In this document: piece by piece, positions 63,563 to 64,000 of the stretch
How the letters are laid out: each line of letters starts with the position of its first letter
Position numbering within the stretch: position 1 is the stretch's first letter
Source: Leptolyngbyaceae cyanobacterium
Lineage (GTDB): Bacteria; Cyanobacteriota; Cyanobacteriia; Phormidesmidales; Phormidesmidaceae
Assembly: GCA_965263355.1 (NCBI GenBank)
Contig: CBDHHL010000048.1
Coordinates: 160,001-224,000 of the forward strand
Direction of reading: 5' to 3'
DNA: 64,000 nucleotides
Translations under genes and position numbers: made by a program
Notes under the pieces: generated by a model
Databases searched by the model: none
What the model saw: only the letters and a program-made list of their open reading frames with translations
What the model was told of the DNA's origin: nothing

Positions 63563-64000
63563 ATGAAAATTCATAGCATTTTCTCAACCATAACCCCAGT
63601 GGCACTGGGGATCATATTCATGGCCCCCAGTGCCGCAGCATTTCCAGCCTACAAACCTCAACCGCGTGGTATTCCTAGTGTACGTGTCTCTGGTGGGACA
63701 CGTTCACCGGGGGGAATGGCCTGTATCAGTGATCCACAGGCCCCGCAGCTCACTTCTATATTTCCAGATGACGATTTAGGATATACCACTGACCGTTATC
63801 CAGCATTCCAGTGGTACATGCCGAACAATAATGCTAGCCATGTGGAATTTCATCTGTATGAAGTAGTGAACGAGGATGAGGGGATATATGAACCCATTTA
63901 TCAAACAATCTTTGTGCCTAACCCAACTGCTGGTATTGCCACATTACAGCTATCGCAAACGACAGGCTTGGCTCCCCTCAATACAAATAATTACTACTAC
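63563..64000 (+). CDS. DUF928-like secreted protein, truncated by the window end
   Basis: Manual translation MKIHSIF..signal..RGIPSVRVSGGTR..C..YPAFQWYMP..VEFHL; open to 64000. Confidence 0.75.
   Translation, partial: MKIHSIFSTITPVALGIIFMAPSAAAFPAYKPQPRGIPSVRVSGGTRSPGGMACISDPQAPQLTSIFPDDDLGYTTDRYPAFQWYMPNNNASHVEFHLYEVVNEDEGIYEPIYQTIFVPNPTAGIATLQLSQTTGLAPLNTNNYYY

Overview
Chromosomal window from a cyanobacterium. Evidence: ndhD1, ndhN, psb27, cpcS, ldpA, ccdA/ccsB and at least 12 HIP1 octamers; a filamentous Leptolyngbya-like host is only an impression. About 8.5-64 kb is mostly core genome, including the large ribosomal-protein cluster. That cluster is split here: rplC..infA is on the minus strand and rpmJ..prfA on the plus strand, consistent with a ~16 kb inversion. 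The first 8.5 kb is accessory and holds the best candidate for an undescribed system, a four-gene chaperone module: a large TPR protein with a Met/Gly/Pro-rich tail, a mini J-domain lacking HPD, an N-terminally truncated GrpE with a Trp-rich insert, and a lid-less HscC-like Hsp70. The Hsp70 has Gln at the DnaK Arg167 position that normally contacts the HPD Asp, suggesting an orthogonal, co-evolved J/Hsp70 pair. Downstream lie REP-like palindromes, an internally deleted NTPase-TPR remnant, an orphan DUF2281-like ORF and a doubly inactivated MNT-HEPN toxin-antitoxin pair. No tRNA, rRNA, CRISPR array or intact transposase was seen. All family calls come from motif recognition by eye, without database searches.
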